A stretch of 32,000 nt of DNA from Candidatus Saccharimonadota bacterium (lineage in GTDB: Bacteria; Patescibacteriota; Saccharimonadia; Saccharimonadales; UBA4665). How positions within the stretch are numbered: the stretch's first letter is position 1; the number at the start of each line of letters is the position of its first letter. The notes under the pieces were generated by a model, which worked only from the letters and a program-made list of their open reading frames with translations, did no database searches and had not been told where the DNA came from. The translations under genes and the position numbers were made by a program. Positions 8,564 to 16,735 of this stretch are shown here, piece after piece. The stretch spans positions 150,001-182,000 of the forward strand of contig OY970350.1 of assembly GCA_963718045.1 (NCBI GenBank), written 5' to 3'.

Positions 8564-9090
8564 TTATCATAATGGGTGTTGTTGGGGCTGGTAAAAGCCT
8601 CCAAGGCCAGCTATTTGCTAAAGAAACAGGATACAAATGGGTTTCGACCGGTGAGTTATTTAGAGCTTTTTTACCTGAAGAACACCAAAAGGATCTATTG
8701 TCCGGTAAATTACTTGCCGATCAGGAAGTTATTAAGCTGGTTGATAGAACCCTGGACGAGGTAGGCAATAGCCGGATAGTTCTTGATGGTTTTCCAAGGA
8801 CAATTGTCCAGGCTCAGTGGTTATTAGATCAGATCAATAATAATAGAATAAAATTAACTTCTATTTTTAATCTTGTTGCAGACAGAGAGGTTGTTACGAA
8901 AAGACTGCTAGCCAGAGGCCGGGGCGATGACGTTAATGCCATAATTGACGAAAGATTCCATGAATACGAAACAAAAACCATGCCCTTAGTAGATTTCTTT
9001 AAGAAGAATAATATTGATGTCGTTTATATCAACGCCGACCAAACACCTGAAAAAGTTCACGAAGATATAATGAAATTAGTTAAAACCTAG
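8560..9090 (+). CDS. adk: Adenylate kinase, short (lid-less) form
   Basis: P-loop GVVGAGKS, the NMP-binding ST GELFR segment, and the LDGFPRT motif, with no zinc-lid insertion. GTG start overlaps the yqeY stop in GTGA at 8560-8563. Confidence 0.85.
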   Translation: MIIIMGVVGAGKSLQGQLFAKETGYKWVSTGELFRAFLPEEHQKDLLSGKLLADQEVIKLVDRTLDEVGNSRIVLDGFPRTIVQAQWLLDQINNNRIKLTSIFNLVADREVVTKRLLARGRGDDVNAIIDERFHEYETKTMPLVDFFKKNNIDVVYINADQTPEKVHEDIMKLVKT

Positions 9091-9098
9091 GAGACGGT

Positions 9099-9860
9099 AT
9101 GGTTACTAAGCCTAAAAAACCCCAAGAGATAAGAGCTATAAAGGTTTCAGGAAAAATGCTGGCTAGCGTGCTAGCTATGCTTGCATTAAAGGCCAAAGCA
9201 GGCATGTCAACTAAAGATTTAGCAGATATGGCCGCTAAGGAGCTTACGTCCCTAGGTGGTGCGCCAAGTTTTCTTGGTTACCAAGGTTTCCCTGATGTCT
9301 TATGCGTATCAGTCAACGATGAAGTTGTCCATGGTATACCTAGTAAATCTCGGATTCTAAAAGACGGAGATATTGTCGGCATGGATTTTGGCGTAACTTA
9401 TGACGGTATGATTACTGATGCTGCTAGGAGCATAATAATTGGCCGGCCAATTCATGAATCTCATGTTGAATTAGTTAAAAATACTGAAAAATCTCTGCTG
9501 GAAGGCATATCTGTTGTTCATAACGGCGTTAGGACTGGCGACATTGGCCATGCTGTCGAGTCATATCTTGAGCCTTATGGATACGGTATAGTTAAAGACT
9601 TAGTCGGCCATGGCGTTGGTCATTACCTGCACGAGGAGCCAAATATTCCTAATTACGGCCGGCCAAACACTGGCCCATGGCTTGAAAAGAATATGACTAT
9701 CGCTATTGAGCCGATGGTGACATTGGGTAAAGGAGCGGTTAGGGTTGCTAAGAATGGCTGGACCATCTTAACCGTCGACGGCAGCTGGTCAGCACACTTC
9801 GAGCACACAGTCTTAATAACCGAATCATCAGCTGAAATTCTGACAGCCTACCCACGCTAA
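9099..9860 (+). CDS. map: Methionine aminopeptidase type I
   Basis: VCVSVNDEVVHGIP, the DFG...DGMITDAARS metal-ligand context, HGVGHYLHEEP and SAHFEHT. AGGAG lies 5 nt before the ATG. Confidence 0.95.
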   Translation: MVTKPKKPQEIRAIKVSGKMLASVLAMLALKAKAGMSTKDLADMAAKELTSLGGAPSFLGYQGFPDVLCVSVNDEVVHGIPSKSRILKDGDIVGMDFGVTYDGMITDAARSIIIGRPIHESHVELVKNTEKSLLEGISVVHNGVRTGDIGHAVESYLEPYGYGIVKDLVGHGVGHYLHEEPNIPNYGRPNTGPWLEKNMTIAIEPMVTLGKGAVRVAKNGWTILTVDGSWSAHFEHTVLITESSAEILTAYPR

Positions 9861-9900
9861 TTTGCTTCATCTAAAGTACAAGCGTTATACTACTGTTACC

Positions 9901-11118
9901 ATGAAGCCTGATCATTTTGTTGGCCTGGATGTGGGCACTAGCACCGTGAGATGCGTAGTTGGCATGTTTGACCAGAATGGATCCAACATGCCGTCGATTA
10001 TTGGCCACGGCAGCGCACCAAACCAGGGTATGCGCCGGGGAACAGTGGTTCACGCTGAGGAAGTTGCTGAATCTATCGTTAAAGCGATTACAGAAGCTGA
10101 GAGAATATCCGGTGTATCTATTAGACAAGCGACGGTTAATGTTAACGGCGGACATGTCGAAGGAATGAACTCTGAAGGGGTGATAGCAATTAGTGCAGCT
10201 GACAGGGAAATAACGGCCGAAGACCGTCTTCGGGTAGAGGAAGCTGCAACCATTGTTAATCTGCCTCAAAACCGGGAAATTGTTCAATTTTTTGCAAAGA
10301 GTTATTCACTTGATGGCCAGAAAAACATTAAAGATCCAGTCGGCATGCATGGTGTTAGACTTGAGGTAGATGCTCATATTGTGACAGCCGCAACACCTAA
10401 TTTGCGCAACCTGGATATGGCACTGGAAAAAGCTGAAGTTAATGCCTCGCACCACACGGTTTCGAGCCTAGCTGCTGCTGAAGCAGTTTTAACCCGGCAA
10501 CAAAAAGAAGCCGGTACACTACTTCTGGATATTGGTGCCGGAACAACCAACATGATTATTTTTGAAGACGGTGAGGTACAGCATGTTGCAGTCATTCCAA
10601 TTGGCGGCCAGCATATAACTAACGACCTAGCAATTGGGCTTAGAACCGATCTTGAAGTTGCAGAGGCTATTAAGCTAGAACATGCTAACTTAAAACCAAA
10701 TTCAAAAAAGGCCAGTGTCAGCGTAAAAGTTAATAACGAAGTTGAACACTTTAGTAGTGAAGAGCTTACTATGATTGTTGAAGCGCGGGTAGACGAGTTG
10801 TTTGATTTTGTTGAAAAAGAACTCCAAAAAATTAAAAAAGTCCGAAAACTGCCCGGCGGAATCGTATTAACCGGCGGCACAGCCAAAATGCCCGGAATTA
10901 GTGAATATGCCAGGGAGAAATTGCAGTTGGCTTCACGGATTGCAAAGCTCGAAAACATAGGCGGTTTAGTCGATACGGTCGAGGACCAGTCCTATACCGT
11001 AGTAGTCGGATTAATGCTGCTCGATATGCTTTTATTACCGTCACTGCTAACAAGCCGAACAAGGGCCAGCCAAAGTGCCAAGGGTTTAATCGGCTCCTTA
11101 TTTAAGCGCTCAAGATGA
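9901..11118 (+). CDS. ftsA: Cell division protein FtsA
   Basis: Actin-fold motifs GLDVGTSTV, DIGAGTTN and LTGGTAKMPGI, plus a C-terminal amphipathic KGLIGSLFKRSR. The track start at 9862 is a TTG. ATG 9901 (MKPDHFVGLDVG) fits the family N-terminus. Confidence 0.9.
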   Translation: MKPDHFVGLDVGTSTVRCVVGMFDQNGSNMPSIIGHGSAPNQGMRRGTVVHAEEVAESIVKAITEAERISGVSIRQATVNVNGGHVEGMNSEGVIAISAADREITAEDRLRVEEAATIVNLPQNREIVQFFAKSYSLDGQKNIKDPVGMHGVRLEVDAHIVTAATPNLRNLDMALEKAEVNASHHTVSSLAAAEAVLTRQQKEAGTLLLDIGAGTTNMIIFEDGEVQHVAVIPIGGQHITNDLAIGLRTDLEVAEAIKLEHANLKPNSKKASVSVKVNNEVEHFSSEELTMIVEARVDELFDFVEKELQKIKKVRKLPGGIVLTGGTAKMPGISEYAREKLQLASRIAKLENIGGLVDTVEDQSYTVVVGLMLLDMLLLPSLLTSRTRASQSAKGLIGSLFKRSR

Positions 11119-11249
11119 TATATTTGTTCGGATGATTTGACTGCTGTAATGGCTTATAAGTAAATTTTAAAAAAGTTGGTCAACTCGTTTGGTGTACGGC
11201 CGCAGATGGTTTATACTTCATCATATAAATTGTTCAAGCAGAGGTTAAA

Positions 11250-12563
11250 ATGTCACAAGTAGTTGAGCCAGCTATCGAGACGTTCGCACAAATTAAGGTG
11301 ATTGGAGTCGGTGGTGCTGGTGGTGCCGCTATCAACCGGATGGTTGAGGCAGGCATTGAAGGAGTTGAATTTATTGCTATTAATACTGATGCTCAAGCTT
11401 TGCAGCATTCAAAAGCCCAAACTAAGATACATATTGGCAAAAATACGACAGGAGGTTTAGGTGCAGGAGCTGATCCTGTTCTAGGTCAGAAAGCAGCTGA
11501 AGAATCTATCGATGATATAAAAAAGGCTATCGAAGGTGCCGACATGGTATTCGTTACTTTAGGCGCTGGTGGCGGAACGGGCAGCGGGGCCGGACATATT
11601 GTAGCAAAGCTAGCCAAAGATCAAGACATACTAGTGGTTGGTTTTGCCACCAAACCATTTGCTTTTGAGGGTGACAGACGACGTAAAAATGCTGAAGTAG
11701 CTATCGATAAGCTACGCGATTCTGTTGATACATTAATAATTATCCCTAACGACCGGTTATTGCAGACGATTGATCGCCAAACACCATTACAGGAAGCATT
11801 TAAGGTAGCTGATGATGTTCTAAGGCAGGGAGTCCAGGGAATATCTGACCTTATTACGGTTCACGGCCTTATTAACCTTGATTTCGCAGACGTAAAAGCA
11901 GTTATGGTCAATGCTGGCACAGCTCTTATGGGTATTGGCCGGGCTAGCGGTGAAGACCGGGCTATTACAGCTGCTCAGCAGGCAATTGAATCACCTCTAC
12001 TTGAGGTATCGATTGATGGTGCAAGGGGAATCTTGTTTAACGTTATTGGCGGCAACGATCTATCATTGCACGAGATTAATACAGCTGCTGAAACAATCAC
12101 TACGGCAGCAGATCCTGATGCCAATATTATCTTTGGGGCAACAATCAATGAAGATCTTGAAGGCGAAATGATCGTCACTGTAGTAGCTACCGGTTTTGAT
12201 GCCTCATATTTCTCTGACGAGGAACGTGCTAAAAAGCGAGCCAGCATGCTCAAGCCAACCGATAATACCCTGACAGATTCCGACGAGCATGACATTGCTG
12301 AAATAGACATGGAGCTTGATGACAAACCTCAAGATGACGACCAATTCGGCAGCGGCAATGGCACAATACCTAATATTTGGTCAATTGACGAGGCTGAATC
12401 AGATGAAGATTCAAATGATGAACACGACCACGAAACTTCAGATTCAACTAGCGATGAAGAAAAGACTGTAGTTAGTTCTTCAATTGAAGAGGACTTGGAA
12501 AAACCATCCTTTTTGAGGCGGTTATCTAAAAAGAAGAAGACTACGAAAAACGACGATCAGTGA
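11250..12563 (+). CDS. ftsZ: Cell division protein FtsZ with a long acidic linker
   Basis: NTDAQAL, the tubulin signature [11 protein letters not shown], and a C-terminal conserved peptide EKPSFLRRL after a roughly 90-aa Asp/Glu/Ser-rich linker. AGAGG SD before the ATG. Confidence 0.96.
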   Translation: MSQVVEPAIETFAQIKVIGVGGAGGAAINRMVEAGIEGVEFIAINTDAQALQHSKAQTKIHIGKNTTGGLGAGADPVLGQKAAEESIDDIKKAIEGADMVFVTLGAGGGTGSGAGHIVAKLAKDQDILVVGFATKPFAFEGDRRRKNAEVAIDKLRDSVDTLIIIPNDRLLQTIDRQTPLQEAFKVADDVLRQGVQGISDLITVHGLINLDFADVKAVMVNAGTALMGIGRASGEDRAITAAQQAIESPLLEVSIDGARGILFNVIGGNDLSLHEINTAAETITTAADPDANIIFGATINEDLEGEMIVTVVATGFDASYFSDEERAKKRASMLKPTDNTLTDSDEHDIAEIDMELDDKPQDDDQFGSGNGTIPNIWSIDEAESDEDSNDEHDHETSDSTSDEEKTVVSSSIEEDLEKPSFLRRLSKKKKTTKNDDQ

Positions 12564-12597
12564 ACAAACCGTCATAAATAATACACCAAAAATCTTA

Positions 12598-12653
12598 TTG
12601 CCAAACGCTACAGCTAGAGCTATATTAATATCACTAAGCACTATATATAGCAG
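12598..12653 (+). promoter_or_regulatory. nrdR/nrdJ promoter (TTGCCA-17 nt-TATATT) with one NrdR-box-like operator just downstream
   Basis: TTGCCA at 12598-12603, a 17-nt spacer, and TATATT at 12621-12626. The sequence gCACTATATATAGcag at 12638-12653 matches 12 of 16 positions of the NrdR box consensus acaCwAtATaTwGtgt, with the left half perfect. It overlaps the predicted transcription start. Confidence 0.5.
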
Positions 12654-12755
12654 TAAGCTAAACAAAAAGGTACTTAGATAGCTCTTTAACTAACGTTATT
12701 TCTGATGCAGCCGGTCAGTTTTCTGATCTGTTGCAGAAGGGTAGGAGGTGATCGA

Positions 12756-13223
12756 ATGAAGTGCAGTCAATGCCAAAAAGATGACATTAAGGTCATCGAA
12801 TCACGTGATGTGGCAGATGATCAGGCAATTCGTCGACGCCGAATGTGTGTGGATTGCGGCTATCGCTTTACTACCTACGAGCGTATTGAACGACCTCAGC
12901 TGATTGTCATTAAGAATGATGGCCGGCGAGAACTTTTTGATCGCAATAAGCTTTTAGGTGGGCTTTACCGGGCATGTGAGAAGACCCAGGTAACCAGTTT
13001 GCAGCTGGAGCGACTAGTAAGCGACATCGAACAGGAACTATATGCCTGTGGCGAGCAAGAAGTTAGATCTTCCAGGATTGGTGAGCTGGTCATGAATCAG
13101 CTGCCTAAGCTCAATGAAGTGGCCTACGTCCGTTTTGCAAGTGTCTACAGACGCTTCAAAGACATAGCCGGCTTTGAGCAGGAACTATCACACATACGTC
13201 GTCGTCAAGGGGTCAAAACTTAG
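12756..13223 (+). CDS. nrdR: Transcriptional repressor NrdR
   Basis: MKCSQCQ...CVDCG zinc ribbon followed by an ATP-cone. GGAGGTG at 12744-12750 precedes ATG 12756. The track ATG at 12705 has no SD and would add a non-homologous 17-aa extension. Confidence 0.93.
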   Translation: MKCSQCQKDDIKVIESRDVADDQAIRRRRMCVDCGYRFTTYERIERPQLIVIKNDGRRELFDRNKLLGGLYRACEKTQVTSLQLERLVSDIEQELYACGEQEVRSSRIGELVMNQLPKLNEVAYVRFASVYRRFKDIAGFEQELSHIRRRQGVKT

Positions 13224-13390
13224 GTTTTGACGGCTTTCTACGGTATCTAAAACCTTGGATGTCGTAGAGAGCGGCGTGGGTCTTTTATAAAGACCCTAAA
13301 AAACTCTAACAAACAATAATATAAAAAAGATCGGCCTAAATCTGGGAGGTTTTATACCGGTCACTAATAAATATAAAGCGAGGAAATTAT

Positions 13391-16174
13391 ATGGGACAAG
13401 CAACCAGCCAGGGTGTGGGTCGGCTTTTCACCCCCAAAAAAAGTCGGGCATATGATCAGTTAAAATGGGTCAGCAGAGATTCAATAATTGAAAACCCGCT
13501 TACTTCTAAGCCTGTTTTCGAGCAAAAAAATGTTGAATTTCCCGAAGGATGGTCACTTAATGCTATAAACATTGTGGCTCAGAAATACTTTACTGGAACA
13601 CCGGAAACGGATTCCCGTGAACGGTCACTGAAGCAGCTAATTGACCGAGTAGCCGATACTATTACGCGCCAAGGCCAGCAAGAGGGATATTTTGAATCAG
13701 CTGCCGATGTTGAAGACTTCCGTGAAGAGCTAAAGTATATATTAGCCACTCAAAGAGCAGCTTTCAATTCACCGGTCTGGTTTAATGTTGGAGCTGAAGG
13801 CCGTTCCCAGCAAGCTAGTGCCTGCTTCATTCTAGCCGTAGAAGATACGATGCCCTCAATTCTTAACTGGTACGTTGAAGAAGGCATGATTTTTAAGGGT
13901 GGAAGCGGTTCAGGTATTAATATCAGTACGATTAGGTCCTCAGTTGAGGCACTTGGTAAGAGTGCCGGCACAGCTAGCGGGCCCTTGAGCTTTATGCGGG
14001 GAGCAGATGCTTCAGCTGGCGCGATCAAAAGCGGCGGCAAGACAAGAAGAGCTGCCAAAATGGTCATCTTAAATGTTGATCATCCCGACATAGAACAATT
14101 CATTTGGAGTAAAGCAATCGAAGAGCGTAAAGCCCGAGATTTACAAAAAATGGGCTGGGATATGAGCCTGGATGGCAAAGATTCCTTCAGTGTCCAATAC
14201 CAGAATGCCAATATATCTGTCCGGGTTACTGATGATTTTATGAAAGCTGTTGAAAATGATGACTTTTGGCAGCTAAGGGCAGTGACTACTGGTAAGCCAA
14301 TAAAGAAGGTTAGGGCCCGTGATCTATTCAGGCAATTTGCTGAAGCCGCCTGGGAATGCGCCGATCCAGGTATGCAGTTTGATACGACCGCTAACAAATG
14401 GCACACCACGCCAAATGCTGGCCGTATAAATGGCAGTAACCCTTGCAGTGAGTACATGCACCTGGATAATTCAGCTTGTAACCTTGCTTCAATCAACCTG
14501 ATTAAGTATCTGAACGATGACTTTAGTTTTGCCATTGAAGAGTTTAAGCACACAATTAAGTTAATCTTCACTGCTCAAGAAATTCTTGTCGGCTACAGTG
14601 AATACCCAACAGAAAAGATTGCCAAAACAGCCAGAGCTTACAGGGAGCTAGGAATTGGTTACGCTAACCTAGGCGCTCTGCTCATGGCTCAAGGTTTGCC
14701 GTACGACAGCGCCGAAGGCCGGGCTCAGGCAGCCGCTATCACCGCCTTAATGACCGGCTGCTCCTATGCCGTTAGCGCCCAGATAGCCCAGCGCGTTGGT
14801 CCATTTGCCGGCTTTAATAAAGATCGCAAAGGTATGCTCAATGTTCTAAGGATGCACCGCGCGGAAGTTTCTAAGATTGATGCCAGCTTAGTAAGCGAAG
14901 ATTTACTGAATGCTGCTGCCAGTGCCTGGGATGAAGCTGTCGAACTAGGTGAGCTATATGGTATTAGAAACAGCCAGGCAAGTCTGCTGGCTCCTACCGG
15001 CACAATAGCTTTAATGATGGACTGTGATACTACCGGTATTGAGCCAGATCTTGGTTTAGTTAAATTAAAGAAACTGGTTGGCGGCGGTACTATGAGTATT
15101 GTTAATCAAACTGTTCCAAGGGCACTAACAGCTTTGGGATACAGCGATGGACAGGTTAAAGACATCATAAAATACATAGATGTTGAGAAGACCATACTCG
15201 GTGCTCCTCATCTAAAGACCGAGGATGAAGCTGTCTTTGCTTGCTCAATGGGAGACAACGCTATTGAATACATGGGTCACGTTAAAATGATGGCTGCTGT
15301 TCAGCCTTTCTTATCCGGTGCTATTAGTAAGACAATTAACATGCCAGAAGAAGCCACCGTGGAAGATGTTGAAGAAATGCACATTCAGTCTTGGAAAATG
15401 GGCCTAAAGGCCGTCGCTATTTACCGGGACAACTGTAAGGTTGCTCAGCCTCTAACCATGGCTAAGAAAGAGGGTTCAGAAAACGTCCAGGGAGCAGAAT
15501 CTGTGGCCGATAGCAAGATAATTCTAAAGGGTGCAGTTAGAAGAACTTTGCCAAAAGTTCGTAACAGCCGGACCTACAAATTCCAGATATCTGATCTGGA
15601 GGGCTACTTCACAGTTGGTGAATATGAAGATGGTACCCCTGGTGAACTGTTCGTAAATGTCAGCAAGCAAGGTTCTACTATGTCCGGTCTAACTGATTCG
15701 TTTGCCATTAGTGTTAGCAATGGTCTGCAGTACGGTGTGCCACTAAAGCGTTATATTAAAGCACTCCGGGGAACAAGCTTTGCGCCATCAGGCATAACCG
15801 ACGATCCTCAAATCAGGACAGCTAGCTCAATCATTGATTACATAATGAGGCGCTTGTCTCTAGATTACCTAAGTTTTGATGATCAGCTCGAACTCGGACT
15901 TGTCTCCTTGGAGGATCTGCCGGACAAACAGCTGAAATTAATCGAAGACGCAGCCAGTGAGCCCATTAAAGAGGAAGTAAAGTTAGAATTTAAGGCTGAA
16001 ACAGCTGAACCAAAGATAGCTAGCGAGAAAGAGATAATTACTACTGAGCCTAAGGCATCTAAAATCGCTAGAGATGGCACGGCACCACTTTGCTTTAACT
16101 GCGGCAACCAAACTCAAAGAGCCGGCAATTGTTATGTCTGCTTGTCCTGCGGTTCCACAACTGGCTGTAGTTAA
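13391..16174 (+). CDS. nrdJ: Adenosylcobalamin-dependent (class II) ribonucleotide reductase
   Basis: 927 aa. Thiyl-radical loop SNPCSEYMHLDNSACNLASINL, an N-terminus like long NrdJ proteins, a C-terminal CFNCGNQTQRAGNCYVCLSCG zinc-ribbon-like motif, and a terminal Cys-containing tail. Confidence 0.93.
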   Translation: MGQATSQGVGRLFTPKKSRAYDQLKWVSRDSIIENPLTSKPVFEQKNVEFPEGWSLNAINIVAQKYFTGTPETDSRERSLKQLIDRVADTITRQGQQEGYFESAADVEDFREELKYILATQRAAFNSPVWFNVGAEGRSQQASACFILAVEDTMPSILNWYVEEGMIFKGGSGSGINISTIRSSVEALGKSAGTASGPLSFMRGADASAGAIKSGGKTRRAAKMVILNVDHPDIEQFIWSKAIEERKARDLQKMGWDMSLDGKDSFSVQYQNANISVRVTDDFMKAVENDDFWQLRAVTTGKPIKKVRARDLFRQFAEAAWECADPGMQFDTTANKWHTTPNAGRINGSNPCSEYMHLDNSACNLASINLIKYLNDDFSFAIEEFKHTIKLIFTAQEILVGYSEYPTEKIAKTARAYRELGIGYANLGALLMAQGLPYDSAEGRAQAAAITALMTGCSYAVSAQIAQRVGPFAGFNKDRKGMLNVLRMHRAEVSKIDASLVSEDLLNAAASAWDEAVELGELYGIRNSQASLLAPTGTIALMMDCDTTGIEPDLGLVKLKKLVGGGTMSIVNQTVPRALTALGYSDGQVKDIIKYIDVEKTILGAPHLKTEDEAVFACSMGDNAIEYMGHVKMMAAVQPFLSGAISKTINMPEEATVEDVEEMHIQSWKMGLKAVAIYRDNCKVAQPLTMAKKEGSENVQGAESVADSKIILKGAVRRTLPKVRNSRTYKFQISDLEGYFTVGEYEDGTPGELFVNVSKQGSTMSGLTDSFAISVSNGLQYGVPLKRYIKALRGTSFAPSGITDDPQIRTASSIIDYIMRRLSLDYLSFDDQLELGLVSLEDLPDKQLKLIEDAASEPIKEEVKLEFKAETAEPKIASEKEIITTEPKASKIARDGTAPLCFNCGNQTQRAGNCYVCLSCGSTTGCS

Positions 16175-16216
16175 AGTTAACTTGACCAAATCTGAACAAA
16201 TCTATAACCTAAAAAT

Positions 16217-16483
16217 ATGAAAGTGATTGTGCTTTATAGACCTCAATCAGAACACGGTCGGCAAGTCGAAGAATTTGTAGATAATTACAAGGCAGCTGGA
16301 TCAACCTCTAAACTAGAGACTGTTAATATAGATACCAGGGACGGTAACTCAATTGCGATGCTCTACGATATAACACAGTACCCGGCAATCTTGGTTGTAA
16401 GAGATGACGGCATGTTACAAAAACTCTGGGAAGGAATAGACTTACCCAGGGTTGATGATGTAGAGGGCTACCTGCTAGCTTAA
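16217..16483 (+). CDS. Small thioredoxin/glutaredoxin-fold-like protein lacking any cysteine
   Basis: 88 aa. The predicted pattern is beta1 KVIVLY, then SEHG where Grx/NrdH proteins carry CxxC, then helix VEEFVDNY, then a cis-Pro-like QYPAILVV, then DG..QKLWEG. No Cys anywhere in the protein. TATAAC (16203-16208) lies 8 nt before the ATG. Confidence 0.6.
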   Translation: MKVIVLYRPQSEHGRQVEEFVDNYKAAGSTSKLETVNIDTRDGNSIAMLYDITQYPAILVVRDDGMLQKLWEGIDLPRVDDVEGYLLA

Positions 16484-16489
16484 ATAGTT

Positions 16490-16518
16490 TTGATAGTCCA
16501 TCGTTAACAGTGTACAAT
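16490..16518 (+). promoter_or_regulatory. Promoter of the ileS T-box leader (TTGATA-17 nt-TACAAT)
   Basis: TTGATA at 16490-16495, a 17-nt spacer, and TACAAT at 16513-16518. This places the transcription start about 16525, just before Stem I. Confidence 0.55.
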
Positions 16519-16528
16519 TACCCCTAGA

Positions 16529-16724
16529 TTCCGTTTGAGTGGCGATCAACCACGAATCACCTGATCACGGAAGCAGGAAGAAAGGCATTATGCCCGAGTA
16601 GAACCTGCCGCAGGGGTTAGCGTAATAACCGATAATTAAGCGCTTTTTAGGTCATCCTACGAAGAAGCTGGATGGTAACGTCCGGGAACGGACTCCAGCA
16701 GACACTAGAGAGGATGACTTTTTT
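16529..16724 (+). promoter_or_regulatory. T-box riboswitch leader, Ile (AUC) specifier
   Basis: Elements in order. Stem I base 16529-34/16567-72, with apical GUGG/CCAC at 16539-42/16550-53. AUC-A at 16556-59 in the 3' asymmetric loop. Stem II GCAGG/CCUGC at 16573-77/16604-08, with S-turn GAA (16580-82) opposite AGUA (16597-16600). IIA/B pseudoknot CGC/GCG at 16609-11/16620-22, plus GGUU 16615-18 pairing with AACC 16627-30. Stem III 16648-59. T-box sequence AAGCUGGAUGGUAACGUC at 16665-82. Antiterminator A1 at 16667-72/16694-99, 7-nt bulge UGGUAAC at 16673-79, A2 at 16680-84/16689-93. U6 at 16719-24. Confidence 0.8.
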
Positions 16725-16735
16725 AATTTAAAATC

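Noticed and set aside
10374-10958. Long antisense ORFs inside conserved genes, e.g. 10374..10958 (194 aa, in ftsA), 14080..14571 (163 aa, in nrdJ), 2253..2651 (in infB), 9871..10287 and 28307..28705
   Set aside because: All lie opposite genes with strong family motifs. They are Ser/Leu/Thr-rich with no recognisable domains and are typical frame-shadow ORFs. There is no independent start signal.
12617-12634. Second NrdR box in tandem with the one at 12638-53
   Set aside because: Only about 7 of 16 consensus positions match in any register. The sequence is an AT palindrome that overlaps the -10 hexamer, and the 19-bp centre spacing is not the usual tandem-box geometry.
13224-13390. Riboswitch (e.g. 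cobalamin) or second NrdR operator in the nrdR-nrdJ spacer, and the hairpin GGGTCTTT-tat-AAAGACCC at 13278-96
   Set aside because: I found no B12-box-like element or multi-helix structure, and no palindrome matching the NrdR box. On the plus strand the hairpin is followed by an A-run rather than a T-run. On the minus strand the corresponding T-run comes before the hairpin, not after it. So it is not a canonical terminator on either strand. Its function is unknown and the evidence is weak.
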